Assembly: GCA_963728405.1 (NCBI GenBank)
Contig: CAVSJV010000007.1
Location: 224,001 to 288,000 of the forward strand
Length of the DNA: 64,000 nucleotides
From: Methanomassiliicoccaceae archaeon
GTDB taxonomy: Archaea > Thermoplasmatota > Thermoplasmata > Methanomassiliicoccales > Methanomassiliicoccaceae
Direction of reading: 5' to 3'
The translations under genes and the position numbers were made by a program. Within the stretch, counting starts at the first letter, position 1. Every line of letters starts with the position of its first letter. A model generated the notes under the pieces. It was given only the letters and a program-made list of their open reading frames with translations, did no database searches and had not been told where the DNA came from. Shown here in pieces: positions 1 through 9,872 of this stretch.

Positions 1-399
1 GTCACGTTCCAGTCCTTCAACGCTTCCTTTACCTTCTCTAGGTCGGCACTGCGCCTTAGGGCGACCTCGGTACGCCGCCAATTGTCAGTGAACAGCCTCT
101 CCACTGGCATCTTGGTCTTCAGATGCTCGTAGGCCCTTTCCGGCAGCAAGCCCTCGCACAACTGGTATATCTTTTCCTGATAGGAGACCACCCCGCCATT
201 CTCGGCGATGATGGGGCCCTGCAGCCCGATATAGGTCGAAAGCCCATAGGCGACCGGTAGAAATGTTGCCGGAAGCGATGCTTACTGGTACCCCCCGTTC
301 CTGGACCCTCCGCAGGGCCTCGATGGCCGAAGTGAACATCACTTTGTTACGGTCGGTCAGCGTGCCGTCGACATCCACCACCACTGCCTTTATGCTCAA
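1..399 (-). CDS. HAD-superfamily phosphoglycolate phosphatase (TA0175/SPP-like); one frameshift near 262, runs off the window start
   Basis: The N-terminus has the VVVDVDGTLT HAD motif I and ASGN. After one extra base the frame continues LPVAYGLSTYIGLQGPIIAENGG, typical of this family. Confidence 0.85.
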
Positions 400-729
400 A
401 TCGGTCCCTCGTCCCCCACGCCAATGTTGGGAGGGCCATAAATGATTATCTGCGACTTGCCAGGAACGGCAAACTTACCAACTCATTATATATGGTGACA
501 ATGATTTTATACATGGCTGGTCAGTTCGGTCCTAGGAGGAAATGAACAGATGGTCAGAGGGGTCGACTCTCGACATTTCTGAACATATTTGTCCATTGAG
601 CGATCGGATGACCGGAGCGAACGGGGGAGGTTCGTGGCCAGGGGCCCTATGTCCTTGGCCTGGACACTCCAGAATGAGCAGGGGCGGAACAGATGCCGCA
701 ACCCAGCAAGCCGAATCGGGGGAGCGACC

Positions 730-3087
730 ATGAGCAGGATGGAGAGGGCCAGTAAGGGGGAGGATGGTGGAAGGAAAGACCATGGCGACAGTACGGTCAA
801 GGTACTGATCGTCGAGGATAATCCAGGTGATATCTCCCTTATGGAAGAGATGCTCAGCGATTCACGGACCACTCGCTTCGAGGTCATCACCGCTGCAAGG
901 ATGCAGGAGGGGATCGCCAAGATGGAAAACGACTCCCCGGACGTTGTGCTGCTGGACCTAGGGCTTCCAGATTCCTCCGGTCTTGAGACCTTGGAGGGAA
1001 CGGTCGGCCCTGCCGCCAAGGCGCCGGTTGTGGTTCTCACCGGTCAGACCGATGAGGATCTGGGCATCAAGGCCCTGAGCATGGGGGCTCAGGATTACCT
1101 GGTGAAAGGTCAGGTGGACAGCAGCACGCTGGAGCGATCGATACGATATGCCATCCAGCGGAAGAGGGCCATCGAGGAGCTCAAGGAGAGCAACGACCGC
1201 TATGTGAGCCTGTTCAAGGAGAACCACGCGGTCATGTTCCTGATCGATCCCGTGACCGCGCGCATCGTGGACGTCAATCAGGCCGCGGTCGATTTCTACG
1301 GCTACGACAGAGCCACCCTCATCGGTATGAACGTCAGCGAGATCACCTGCCTGCCCGTGGACAAGGTACTTGAGGACATGGGACGGGCCATATCCCGGAG
1401 CGAGGGGCGCTTCTTCTTCCAACACTGCCTGGCCGATGGTCAGCGCCGAGAGGTGGAGGTGCTAAGTGGGCCGTTGCACATCAAAGGTAAGATCTACCTC
1501 TACTCGATCGTCCATGACATAACTGATCGAAAGCAGGCCGAGGAGGAGAAGGCCAGGCTGACCGAGGAGGTGGCGGAACAGAAGAGCCTCCTACAGACGG
1601 TCATCGACAATGCCCCTTCAGGCATCGTGGTCATCTCCGGACTGGAGATGCGGGTCAAATGGGCCAACGACGCCTTTGTCAAGATAGTGAATATGGTCGA
1701 GATGGCCGAGGACATGGGTGGAAGGAGGCTTGAGGACATACCTGGTCCGCTCGGAACCAGCCTTGTAGAAAGGGCTCGAAACGCCCTGAGGAGCGGGATG
1801 CCGAGAATTGACATGGAAGTGGAAGCCCCCGCCGAACCAGGCCTGTTCGCCGTATATCACATAGCGGCCGTACCCATCCCCCTGAAGGGGGGTGAAAAAG
1901 GATGCATGATCATGCTCATTGATGTGACCGAGCAGGTGATGGCCCGACGGCGCATCGAGGAGCTGGCCGCCCGGTCGGATGCCGAGCGGCGGCGCATCAA
2001 GACCATCCTGGACAACCTGCCAGTAGGGGTCTTCGTGGCCGACAAGACTGCCAAGGTCATCGAAAAGAACGACATCGTCGATATCATCTGGGGGGGCCGG
2101 ACCCCCACGCCCACGTCGACCTCGGACTATCGGGAGTTCAAAGCCTGGTGGGCGGACACCGGCATGAGCTTGCGGCCCGAGGACTGGGCCATCATCAGGG
2201 CGATCAGGAAGGGAGAGACCTCGGTGGGAGAGGTCATCGACATCCTGCGCTTCGATGGCACGAGAGGGACCATACTGTACTCGGCCGCTCCCATTCGGGA
2301 CGCTGAGGGTAAGACCATGGGCGCAGTGGCGGTCATCCAGGACATCACGCGACAAAGGAAGTTGGAGCATGATGCCATCGAGGCCAAGGAGCAGGCCGAG
2401 CTGTACATCGATCTGTTGTCCCATGATATCAGCAACATGAACGCGGCGGTGTCCAGTTACCTTCAGATGGCCGTGGAGAAGATGGACATCGAGCAGAGGA
2501 ACATGCAGTATTTCACAAAACCGCAGGAGATACTGGAGAACAGTAATCGGCTCATCGAGAACGTCAGGAAGATCCAGCAGGTGGAGAGCCACGAATCCAA
2601 GCACGGCATGATGGATCTTGGCTGGCTGCTGGAGGACGTGCGCTCGGAGTTCGAGCACTATCCCGGTCGTGACATCAAGATCACCTATAGGACGGCCATC
2701 AAAAAGTTCGTCATGGCCAGTGACCTGTTGAAGGACGTCTTCACCAACCTAGTGAGCAACTCCATCAAGCATTCCACCGGTCCGGTCGAGATCTCGATCG
2801 TCCTGAACAAAGTGTTCGAGGGTGGAAGGGAGCACTACAAGGTGACGGTGGAGGACGACGGCCCGGGCATTCCCGACGATCTCAAGAGCAAGCTGTTCCA
2901 GAGAAAGCAACGGGGGCGGACCAAGACGACCGGCACCGGCCTCGGCCTCTATTTGGTCAAGAAGCTGGTAGAGGACGTCAACGGCCGGGTGTGGGTCGAG
3001 GATCGCGTGCCCGGTGATTCCAACAAGGGGGCGAGGTTCGTGGTCCTATTGCCGGCGGTGACGAACGATGCGAAGTCCGCGGTCTAG
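730..3087 (+). CDS. Hybrid sensor histidine kinase (REC-PAS/PAC x3-HisKA-HATPase_c)
   Basis: Receiver motifs VLIVED, LLDLGLPD and DYLVK; PAS/PAC repeats; H-box LSHDISN; N-box NLVSNSIKH; G1 DDGPGIP; G2 GTGLGL. Start placed at ATG 730. Confidence 0.93.
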   Translation: MSRMERASKGEDGGRKDHGDSTVKVLIVEDNPGDISLMEEMLSDSRTTRFEVITAARMQEGIAKMENDSPDVVLLDLGLPDSSGLETLEGTVGPAAKAPVVVLTGQTDEDLGIKALSMGAQDYLVKGQVDSSTLERSIRYAIQRKRAIEELKESNDRYVSLFKENHAVMFLIDPVTARIVDVNQAAVDFYGYDRATLIGMNVSEITCLPVDKVLEDMGRAISRSEGRFFFQHCLADGQRREVEVLSGPLHIKGKIYLYSIVHDITDRKQAEEEKARLTEEVAEQKSLLQTVIDNAPSGIVVISGLEMRVKWANDAFVKIVNMVEMAEDMGGRRLEDIPGPLGTSLVERARNALRSGMPRIDMEVEAPAEPGLFAVYHIAAVPIPLKGGEKGCMIMLIDVTEQVMARRRIEELAARSDAERRRIKTILDNLPVGVFVADKTAKVIEKNDIVDIIWGGRTPTPTSTSDYREFKAWWADTGMSLRPEDWAIIRAIRKGETSVGEVIDILRFDGTRGTILYSAAPIRDAEGKTMGAVAVIQDITRQRKLEHDAIEAKEQAELYIDLLSHDISNMNAAVSSYLQMAVEKMDIEQRNMQYFTKPQEILENSNRLIENVRKIQQVESHESKHGMMDLGWLLEDVRSEFEHYPGRDIKITYRTAIKKFVMASDLLKDVFTNLVSNSIKHSTGPVEISIVLNKVFEGGREHYKVTVEDDGPGIPDDLKSKLFQRKQRGRTKTTGTGLGLYLVKKLVEDVNGRVWVEDRVPGDSNKGARFVVLLPAVTNDAKSAV

Positions 3088-3973
3088 TTCGGTCCCCTCA
3101 GTTCACCAAGGGTGGTCACCCTCTCGGCGAAGGCATTGTGCTTGTGGATGGATTCCTCGCTCTCGCTACGCACAGTGACCAGCAGCGTCGTTGGGCAGCT
3201 TCCCGTAGCGGTCCAATACCTTAGCCAGCATGGTCCTGACCACATCCTCCACGAACTTGGGCTGTTGATGGGCTTTGAGCACCACTTTGGCCTCATCCGA
3301 TCTCTTTCAGCACTTCGTAGGTCGGTGATGAGAACGACGCTTCCACCAGATCGATGAGATCGTTCGCTTCCACATCGTATTCCTCGGGCACCTCGATCAT
3401 CAAGGTGGCGATGTTGCGCTGGTTGTGAGAAATGACTGGCAGATCGTCCTCGAGCATCACCTTGTTGCCACGGTACTGCTCGCGCACCGTCTCCATGGCA
3501 CAGGGGCAGGCGGTCATGCCGATGACCTCCACGCCGATCATCTTCTTCAGCCCATCGGAGTTACGGCTGATGGCCGTGGCCATGATCTTGAACGCTTCCA
3601 GGTTCCTCTTTCCACTAGGTCCAGGCCTTTCCGCGAAGTAGTCGGCCACCAGGTTCACCTCGGCGTAGGTCGAGTACTCATGCTTCTCGCGCAAGGCCCG
3701 GCAGATCTCCGCCGCGATGACCTCGATGCCGGCGATGGAATCGCTCATGCTCCGGTTCACTGCCTCGTTGATCGCTTCCAGGTTCCTCGAAAGATGAGAG
3801 CCTTTCTGAGTGGAGGGCAGGTCCACGAACACATCTATGGAGCAGAAAAGAGTGGTATTCTTGCCGGCCCGGGTGACCCGGACCGGTTTCTTGACCCCGG
3901 TAACGCCTACGCGGGTGAGCATGAAACCATTGGCCAGCTTGCTGTTCTGAACGTCGGTCGGGATGGATATCAC
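3084..3973 (-). CDS. mptA: GTP cyclohydrolase MptA/FolE2 family; two apparent indels (~3305 and ~3185)
   Basis: Motifs KGSHLSR, GMTACPC and SHNQR are present. The shifted frames supply LKRSDE, PKFVEDVVR and ESIHKHNA. Confidence 0.88.
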
Positions 3974-4049
3974 CTTAATATCGAGCGGGTTGACTAATGG
4001 CTCGAAGTCAATAAAGATTTTGTAGCTACCTGCTTAAAGCGTATGTAGC

Positions 4050-5156
4050 TCATCGGACCCTTATTAGGTCGTACTCTCGCTCACCCAGCCCCAGTTCCTC
4101 GGCGTACTTCAATTGAGCTGTCCAGTCGGCATCTACCACCTGGCGGAACTTGTCATCGCCGGGGGCCAGGCCCCCCTTCAGCATACTGTTCTTGATACCC
4201 GGAGAGGCGTTCACCAGGTCGGCCGCGGCCTGGTCGATGGCCACGATGTCCCTCGAGGCTAGTATGCCGATGTTGGGAACTATGGGGGTGTCGCTGAAGT
4301 TATAGCAGTCGCACAGTGGGGTCACATCCATGATGAAGGTCATGTAACCGGTCTTTCCCCTCTTCGACCTCAGGATGCCGTAGCAGTACTCCACGATCCG
4401 CTCCTGGACCCCCGTGTAGTTCTCCCAGCTCCCTAGGTCGATGCCCTCGTTCTGGCAGGCAATGTTGCACTCCCCGCATCCGATACACCTCTCCGGGTCG
4501 ATCTGGGCCTTGCGCCCCTTCATTTTGATGGCATCTGCCGGGCATTGCACCACGCATCTCCCGCAGCCCTTGCAGTTCTCACCCCTGACCTTGGGCTTGA
4601 CCAGGGCATGCATCTCCATCTTCCCCCGCCGGGAACCGAGGCCCATGCCCACGTTCTTCAGCGCCGCACCAAAACCGGTGAGGCCATGGCCCTTGAAATG
4701 GGATATCGTGATAAGCGAATCGGCGTGCTGGGCGGCGGCCCCGAACTTGACCGTCTTGCAGTGCTTGAGGTCTACCCGTACTTCCACGTAGTCCGTCCCC
4801 CGCAATCCGTCGGCGATGATCACCGGTGCGTTTATTACCGGATAGGTGAAGCCGTGCCGGGCCGCCACCAGGAGATGATCGACCGCATTGGTCCTCATGC
4901 CCTTGTACAAGGTGCTGCTGTCGGTGAGGAACGGCTTCCCGCCGCCCTTGGCCACCAGGTCGACGACCTTGGATACGAGCTCCGGACGGAGATAGGTGGT
5001 GTTCCCATCCTCACCGAAATGGGTCTTGATCGCCACCAGGTCGCCCGGAGCGAAGGCGTTCCCCAGGCCGGCCCTCTTGTAGAGCCTCTGTATCTTGTTG
5101 GGCACGCTCCTGGAGGGCCGATCGGCCCGCAGGTCAGTGAAGTAGACCTCGGACAT
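4050..5156 (-). CDS. DUF362 domain Fe-S protein with a 2x[4Fe-4S] ferredoxin domain
   Basis: AIKTHFGE, SHFKGH, GAALKNVGMG, two CxxCxxCxxxC motifs, and PLCDC. Confidence 0.88.
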   Translation of the reverse strand: MSEVYFTDLRADRPSRSVPNKIQRLYKRAGLGNAFAPGDLVAIKTHFGEDGNTTYLRPELVSKVVDLVAKGGGKPFLTDSSTLYKGMRTNAVDHLLVAARHGFTYPVINAPVIIADGLRGTDYVEVRVDLKHCKTVKFGAAAQHADSLITISHFKGHGLTGFGAALKNVGMGLGSRRGKMEMHALVKPKVRGENCKGCGRCVVQCPADAIKMKGRKAQIDPERCIGCGECNIACQNEGIDLGSWENYTGVQERIVEYCYGILRSKRGKTGYMTFIMDVTPLCDCYNFSDTPIVPNIGILASRDIVAIDQAAADLVNASPGIKNSMLKGGLAPGDDKFRQVVDADWTAQLKYAEELGLGEREYDLIRVR

Positions 5157-5257
5157 ATTATCACCTAATGGATGGCCCGAAGCCTTGATGAACCTTGCCT
5201 AGTTCCTCGGCTGGAAATGACGATATGACTATATACGGAGAGAAATTTGGTCTGGGC

Positions 5258-5905
5258 ATGTTCTGCGGGGTCGACGAGGCTGGCCGAGGCCCGGTCATGG
5301 GTCCGCTGGTCGTGGCGGCGGTCATGGTCCAGAGCGACCGCGCCCTGAAGAAGCTCAAGGTCAAGGACTCCAAGCTTCTGACCCGCCAGAAGAGGGAAGA
5401 GCTTGCCCCCCAGATAATGGCGCTGGGGCGGGTGGAAGTGATCATCGTCCCAGCCGATGACATCGACCGGTTCATGGCCAAGGACTCCCTGAACATGCTT
5501 GAGGTCTATCACTTCGCCACGCTGATCGAGATGCTTCGGCCGGACCGGGCCTATATCGATGCCGCCGATGTGGTGGAATCGCGGTTCGCCCAGAACATCC
5601 AGGACCGCCTGACCTGCCGGCCCGAGTTGGTGTGCCAACATAAAGCGGACGTCAAGTACCCAGTGGTCTCCGCCGCATCCATTATCGCCAAGGTGGTCCG
5701 GGACCGGTCCATGGATGCGATCCAGGAGCAGTTTGGGCAGGACATTGGCTCTGGCTATGCCCATGACGAGGTCACCCTGGATTTCATGCGCCGATGGTTG
5801 AAGGAGAAGGGCGAGCTGCCGCCTCATACTCGCCACAGCTGGAAGACAGCCAAGACATTATATTCGCTAAGCAAGGTACCGAAACTGACCAATTGGACGG
5901 ATTGA
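5258..5905 (+). CDS. rnhB: Ribonuclease HII
   Basis: GVDEAGRGPVMGP, KDSKLL, HKAD, VSAASIIAKV, GSGY. Confidence 0.96.
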   Translation: MFCGVDEAGRGPVMGPLVVAAVMVQSDRALKKLKVKDSKLLTRQKREELAPQIMALGRVEVIIVPADDIDRFMAKDSLNMLEVYHFATLIEMLRPDRAYIDAADVVESRFAQNIQDRLTCRPELVCQHKADVKYPVVSAASIIAKVVRDRSMDAIQEQFGQDIGSGYAHDEVTLDFMRRWLKEKGELPPHTRHSWKTAKTLYSLSKVPKLTNWTD

Positions 5906-6240
5906 TGATGACAGTTGAGCCTTTATTGCAAGACCTTGTTCGCAAGTTCAATGAGAAGGTGCAGACGGACGAGAAGCTTCAGAGTGAGCTCGATGGGATG
6001 AACAAGAAGGTCCTGATCGACCTGGAGAGCGAGAAATACAATTTTCATCTGCACGACAAGAAGATATCTGATCTCCAGACGGGGACCATCACCGACCCGG
6101 ACATCACCCTGGAGTCAGACCCGGAAACCATCCAGGGTCTTATCGAAGGAAAGATCAAACCCATGAAGGCGTTCGCCCTACGCAAGGTTCGGGTGAAAGG
6201 GGAGATCGACGATATCCTCCGCCTGAGGAAGCTGTTCTGA
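5905..6240 (+). CDS. SCP2 sterol/lipid-binding domain protein
   Basis: The 111-aa ORF overlaps the rnhB stop (TGATG). The C-terminal G-x3-P-x2-AF-x3-K-x-KGE pattern (GKIKPMKAFALRKVRVKGE) fits SCP2. Confidence 0.8.
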   Translation: MMTVEPLLQDLVRKFNEKVQTDEKLQSELDGMNKKVLIDLESEKYNFHLHDKKISDLQTGTITDPDITLESDPETIQGLIEGKIKPMKAFALRKVRVKGEIDDILRLRKLF

Positions 6241-6340
6241 CAGTTCTCCTCCGTACACGATGCTCGACCAGGGCCAAGGGCTGATGAGACTCCGCGCCGG
6301 AAACATTCAGGATCAGGATATAATTGAAAGAACCCATCGG

Positions 6341-6352
6341 AAAGGTTTATAT
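6341..6352 (+). promoter_or_regulatory. BRE/TATA promoter of the tRNA gene
   Basis: AAAGGTTTATAT lies about 25-30 nt upstream of the tRNA 5' end. Confidence 0.6.
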
Positions 6353-6377
6353 GGGGTCTTGTAATAGTGGCATTCAT

Positions 6378-6452
6378 AGCGGGGTGGGGTAGCCAGGACA
6401 TCCCGTCGGGCTCATAACCCGGAGACCGGTCGTTCAAATCGACCCCCCGCTA
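6378..6452 (+). tRNA. Initiator tRNA-Met (CAT)
   Basis: Cloverleaf AGCGGGG...CCCCGCT-A with an A1:U72 pair, GGG/CCC closing the CTCATAA anticodon loop, and T-arm GTTCAAATC. No encoded CCA and no intron. Confidence 0.93.
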
Positions 6453-6502
6453 CTTTTCCATTCATCAATAGGTTTATTTTGACCTAGATAAAATGCTTAG
6501 TA

Positions 6503-6871
6503 GTGGCCGTCGAGACCTTCAGCATCGCCGATCAGACATTCATCTTCTTCGAGACCCTTTTGGCCTACTTCGGCGCCGCGGTCATTGCCTATGGCGGGAT
6601 CATTGCCGTCTATCATACCCTTCGGCTGGAGCTCCGCCATCCCGCTAGCCTGAGCTACAAGATCATACGTGGCGGTTTCGCCGCCCGGATCATCCTGGGT
6701 CTGGACTTCCTTATCGCCAGCGATATCATAAGTACAATCGGTCATCCCGATCTCAACGAGGTTCTGATCCTCGGCGGCATAGTCCTCATACGGACGGTCC
6801 TCACCATCATCCTGTCTCAGGAGACCAGGGAAGTGGGGCCGGGTGAGATGGAAAGGGCCCCTCGGGCCTAG
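6503..6871 (+). CDS. DUF1622 family membrane protein
   Basis: The ILLGLDFLIASDIISTI...LGGIVLIRTVL signature is present. Confidence 0.85.
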   Translation: MAVETFSIADQTFIFFETLLAYFGAAVIAYGGIIAVYHTLRLELRHPASLSYKIIRGGFAARIILGLDFLIASDIISTIGHPDLNEVLILGGIVLIRTVLTIILSQETREVGPGEMERAPRA

Positions 6872-7191
6872 CAACAACCTCCCTTTTATCGGCGGCCCAT
6901 ATGTCGGCATGAAGATTAGGATGGACAGGGTCTGCTGGTCGATCGCTGGGCGGTTCCCATCGGCTTCGTTCTGGCGCCGGCAGGCTACACCACCTTGCTC
7001 TCAGGGGGCGGGATCTTCAGTGCGATCGACCTTTACTGGCTTACCTGCCTGTAGTTGCTTGGTCTGGCCCTGATCGTTCTCGCCGTTATTATGGGGGCCC
7101 TAGCCGCCGTCATGGATGAATGGGACTCGCCCATAGGTAACGCGGCATCACCTGAAAACACTATATCGCACGAGGGCCTACCCCGACTAGG

Positions 7192-8745
7192 ATGCCGCGT
7201 TCCAAGGTGCTGAGACCCGAGGTCCTGGTGATCGGCGGAGGAGCGACCGGAGCAGGTACAGCAAGGGACCTGGCCATGCGCGGTTGCGACGTACTGCTGG
7301 TGGAGAAGGGGGACTTCTCGACAGGAGCGTCGGGAGCGAACCACGGCATGCTCCATTCCGGGGCGCGGTATGCTGTCAGGGACCCCTCTTCGGCAAGGGA
7401 ATGCGCCGATGAGAACAGCGTCCTGAAGAAGATCGCCTCCTTCTGCATCGAGGATACGAGAGGATTGTTCGTCTCTCTACCCTTCGATGATCAAACATAT
7501 CTATCCCACTTCCTGACCTCCTGCGCGTCGGCAGGGGTAAAGGCGACCGAGATCGAGGCCGATGAGGCCCGTAGGCTGGAACCGAACCTGTCCTCCGACA
7601 TCACCGCGGCCGTGGACGTCCCGGACGCTTCCATCGACCCTTTCTTCCTGGTCTGGGGCAACATCGAGTCGGCCCGCTCGGCAGGAGCGACCGTTCTCAA
7701 TCACACCCCCGTCCACTCGTTCGAGGTACATAATGGTCGCATCGTCGGTGCGGTGATCGGGGACCGCAAGGAGAGAAGGACGATACGGCCGGAGATGATC
7801 ATCAACGCCAGCGGGGCGTGGTCCGGGCAGGTCGCATCCATGGCCGGCCTCCATATGGACATGCAGCTGGACAAGGGTTCGATGATCGTGTTCAACGGCC
7901 GCATGGTCAACCGATTGGTGAACCGTCTAAGGCCCCCCTCCGACGGGGATATCCTGGTGCCGCACCGCTCATCGACCATTCTCGGCACCACGTCCGGAAC
8001 GGGGGACCTCGGTGACATGAGGTCGACCCGAGGAGAGGTGGACATGCTTCTGGACGAGTTCAGGGCCCTCCTTCCTGGCATTGATGGGGCCAGGATGATC
8101 AGGGCCTACGCGGGGGTCCGGCCGTTACTGGCCGGCCACAAGTCCGGCCGGGAGGCCTCTCGGGGCTTCCAGATCATCGATCACGCCCCGGAGTTGGACA
8201 ACATGATCAGCGTGGTGGGCGGTAAATTGACCACCTACCGACTGATGGCCGAGAAGACCTCAGACCTGGTCATGGCCAAGCTGGGCCCGAAGGGCTCCTG
8301 TCGCACCAAGCTGGAGGAGCTGGTACCCCCCGGCGGCGACGCAGAGGGAAATTTCCAGGCTGCGGTGATGAAACGCAAGTACGGCGCCCTGACAGAGGAC
8401 CTGCTCACCCCCGTATCCGACAGGGGCAGGGAAGAGGCCTGCTCCTGCGAATCAGTATCCTACGCCGAGCTCGAGCACTTCGCCGCGTCCAGAGATGTGT
8501 GCGCTCCGGGAGACCTCATGAGGCGGACCCGGGCCGGAATGGGCTTCTGCCAGGCCGGGTTGTGCGCGCTCCGGATGGCATCGGTGCTGGACGGAGATCC
8601 CGTGGGTCAAGCAGAACAGTTCCTTAAGGAGCGGTGGAAAGGCATCGAGCCGGTGCTTCGTGGAGAGCAGCTCCGTCAGGAGGCGTTCAAAGCCCATCTA
8701 TTCCGGGTCTACGGGATCGATCATACCGTGGGAGGGCGGGAATGA
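7192..8745 (+). CDS. glpA: Anaerobic glycerol-3-phosphate dehydrogenase subunit A (FAD)
   Basis: GGGATG, ARDLAMRG, NHGMLHSGARY, GVRPL, GGKLTTYRLMAE, and the C-terminal 2Fe-2S motif CSCE...RRTRAGMGFCQAGLC. Confidence 0.9.
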   Translation: MPRSKVLRPEVLVIGGGATGAGTARDLAMRGCDVLLVEKGDFSTGASGANHGMLHSGARYAVRDPSSARECADENSVLKKIASFCIEDTRGLFVSLPFDDQTYLSHFLTSCASAGVKATEIEADEARRLEPNLSSDITAAVDVPDASIDPFFLVWGNIESARSAGATVLNHTPVHSFEVHNGRIVGAVIGDRKERRTIRPEMIINASGAWSGQVASMAGLHMDMQLDKGSMIVFNGRMVNRLVNRLRPPSDGDILVPHRSSTILGTTSGTGDLGDMRSTRGEVDMLLDEFRALLPGIDGARMIRAYAGVRPLLAGHKSGREASRGFQIIDHAPELDNMISVVGGKLTTYRLMAEKTSDLVMAKLGPKGSCRTKLEELVPPGGDAEGNFQAAVMKRKYGALTEDLLTPVSDRGREEACSCESVSYAELEHFAASRDVCAPGDLMRRTRAGMGFCQAGLCALRMASVLDGDPVGQAEQFLKERWKGIEPVLRGEQLRQEAFKAHLFRVYGIDHTVGGRE

Positions 8746-9872
8746 ACCGTGATCCTCGTTCGTGCGATATCCTGGTGGTGGGACGAGGCGCGGCGGGCTG
8801 CATCGTCTCACTGCGCCTGGCCGAGGCCGGTTCCGACGTGATCTTGGTGGGAAGGGAGACCACCGCCACAGCGCTCTCCACTGGCCGTATCGACCTGAGA
8901 GGAACGGAGAACGAGGCCCTGCTCTCCACTATGCTAAGGACATTAGGCGTCGACCACGGACTTTATCAGGCTCCGATGGGGGTGAAGCGCACAGTCACCA
9001 ACTGCGGCACAATCGCCTGCCAGAGCCTCAGCTCTGGTCATGACTGGTGCGATCCGTTCGAGGGAAGCATCGCCGTGCTGGGCCTGAAGGGCAACCCGGA
9101 CCTCGACCCCATCCTGGTCTGCTCCGCTTTGAAGAGGAGGATACCACACCTAAGATGCAAGCCGTACTGGACTGACCTTGGCCTTCCGTGCAGCATTCCA
9201 TCGGGGAAAGGGGCCAGCCTCAGCGAGGAGGCCATTGCGGCAGTGGACCTGGCCTCCCGCGTCCTGGGGGACCTGGGCGAGGACAGGATAGTTTTGCCGC
9301 CGCTGTTCGCGGGGCCGAACTATGAACGAGCCCTGTCGTCGTTGGAGCGGTCCAGCGGGCGAAGGGTCGTGGAGCCCACCACCCCGCTGTCCAATCCCGG
9401 CGGCCGATTGCAGGCTTGCCTGGAAGATGGAGCTGTCACGGCCGGGTGCGCCCTATGGAGGGAGAGGGAGCTCTGCGGCCTGGAGATCGAAGGGGGCCGG
9501 GTCACCAGGGTCACGCTAAGGTCCGGTCTTCGCGAGATCGCCGTTCGACCGAAGGCCGTTGTGATGGCCACAGGGAATCTTGTGGCGGGTGGCTTGGCGG
9601 TCGAGGGCGAGGGCCCGACCGATCCTATGGGACAGTTCGCGTTGGAGCAGGCTCCAGAAAAAGAATTGAGCTCTCTGCCTTTGACCAGGGCCCTGTCCGT
9701 CGGCATAAGGAACGCTGAAGGGAAGGCGGTCCTTTTAGATGGTACGGTGATGGATAATGTCCTAGTGGCCGGCTCGGCCGTTCCCGGCCTGTCCTATCCA
9801 TTGGGCAAAGGTCTGGGACAGGTCATCGCCGATGCCTGGGGCAAGGCCGCGAGGATGCTGGAGGCACTATGA
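8742..9872 (+). CDS. glpB: Anaerobic glycerol-3-phosphate dehydrogenase subunit B-like flavoprotein
   Basis: ATGA overlap with glpA; dinucleotide motif VVGRGAAG, ALSTGRID, EPTTPLSNPGGRL, ATGNLVAGGL. Confidence 0.8.
   Translation: MNRDPRSCDILVVGRGAAGCIVSLRLAEAGSDVILVGRETTATALSTGRIDLRGTENEALLSTMLRTLGVDHGLYQAPMGVKRTVTNCGTIACQSLSSGHDWCDPFEGSIAVLGLKGNPDLDPILVCSALKRRIPHLRCKPYWTDLGLPCSIPSGKGASLSEEAIAAVDLASRVLGDLGEDRIVLPPLFAGPNYERALSSLERSSGRRVVEPTTPLSNPGGRLQACLEDGAVTAGCALWRERELCGLEIEGGRVTRVTLRSGLREIAVRPKAVVMATGNLVAGGLAVEGEGPTDPMGQFALEQAPEKELSSLPLTRALSVGIRNAEGKAVLLDGTVMDNVLVAGSAVPGLSYPLGKGLGQVIADAWGKAARMLEAL

Noticed and set aside
6378-6500. Integrated element at the tRNA-Met gene
   Set aside because: No integrase and no duplicated tRNA 3' end noticed elsewhere in the window.
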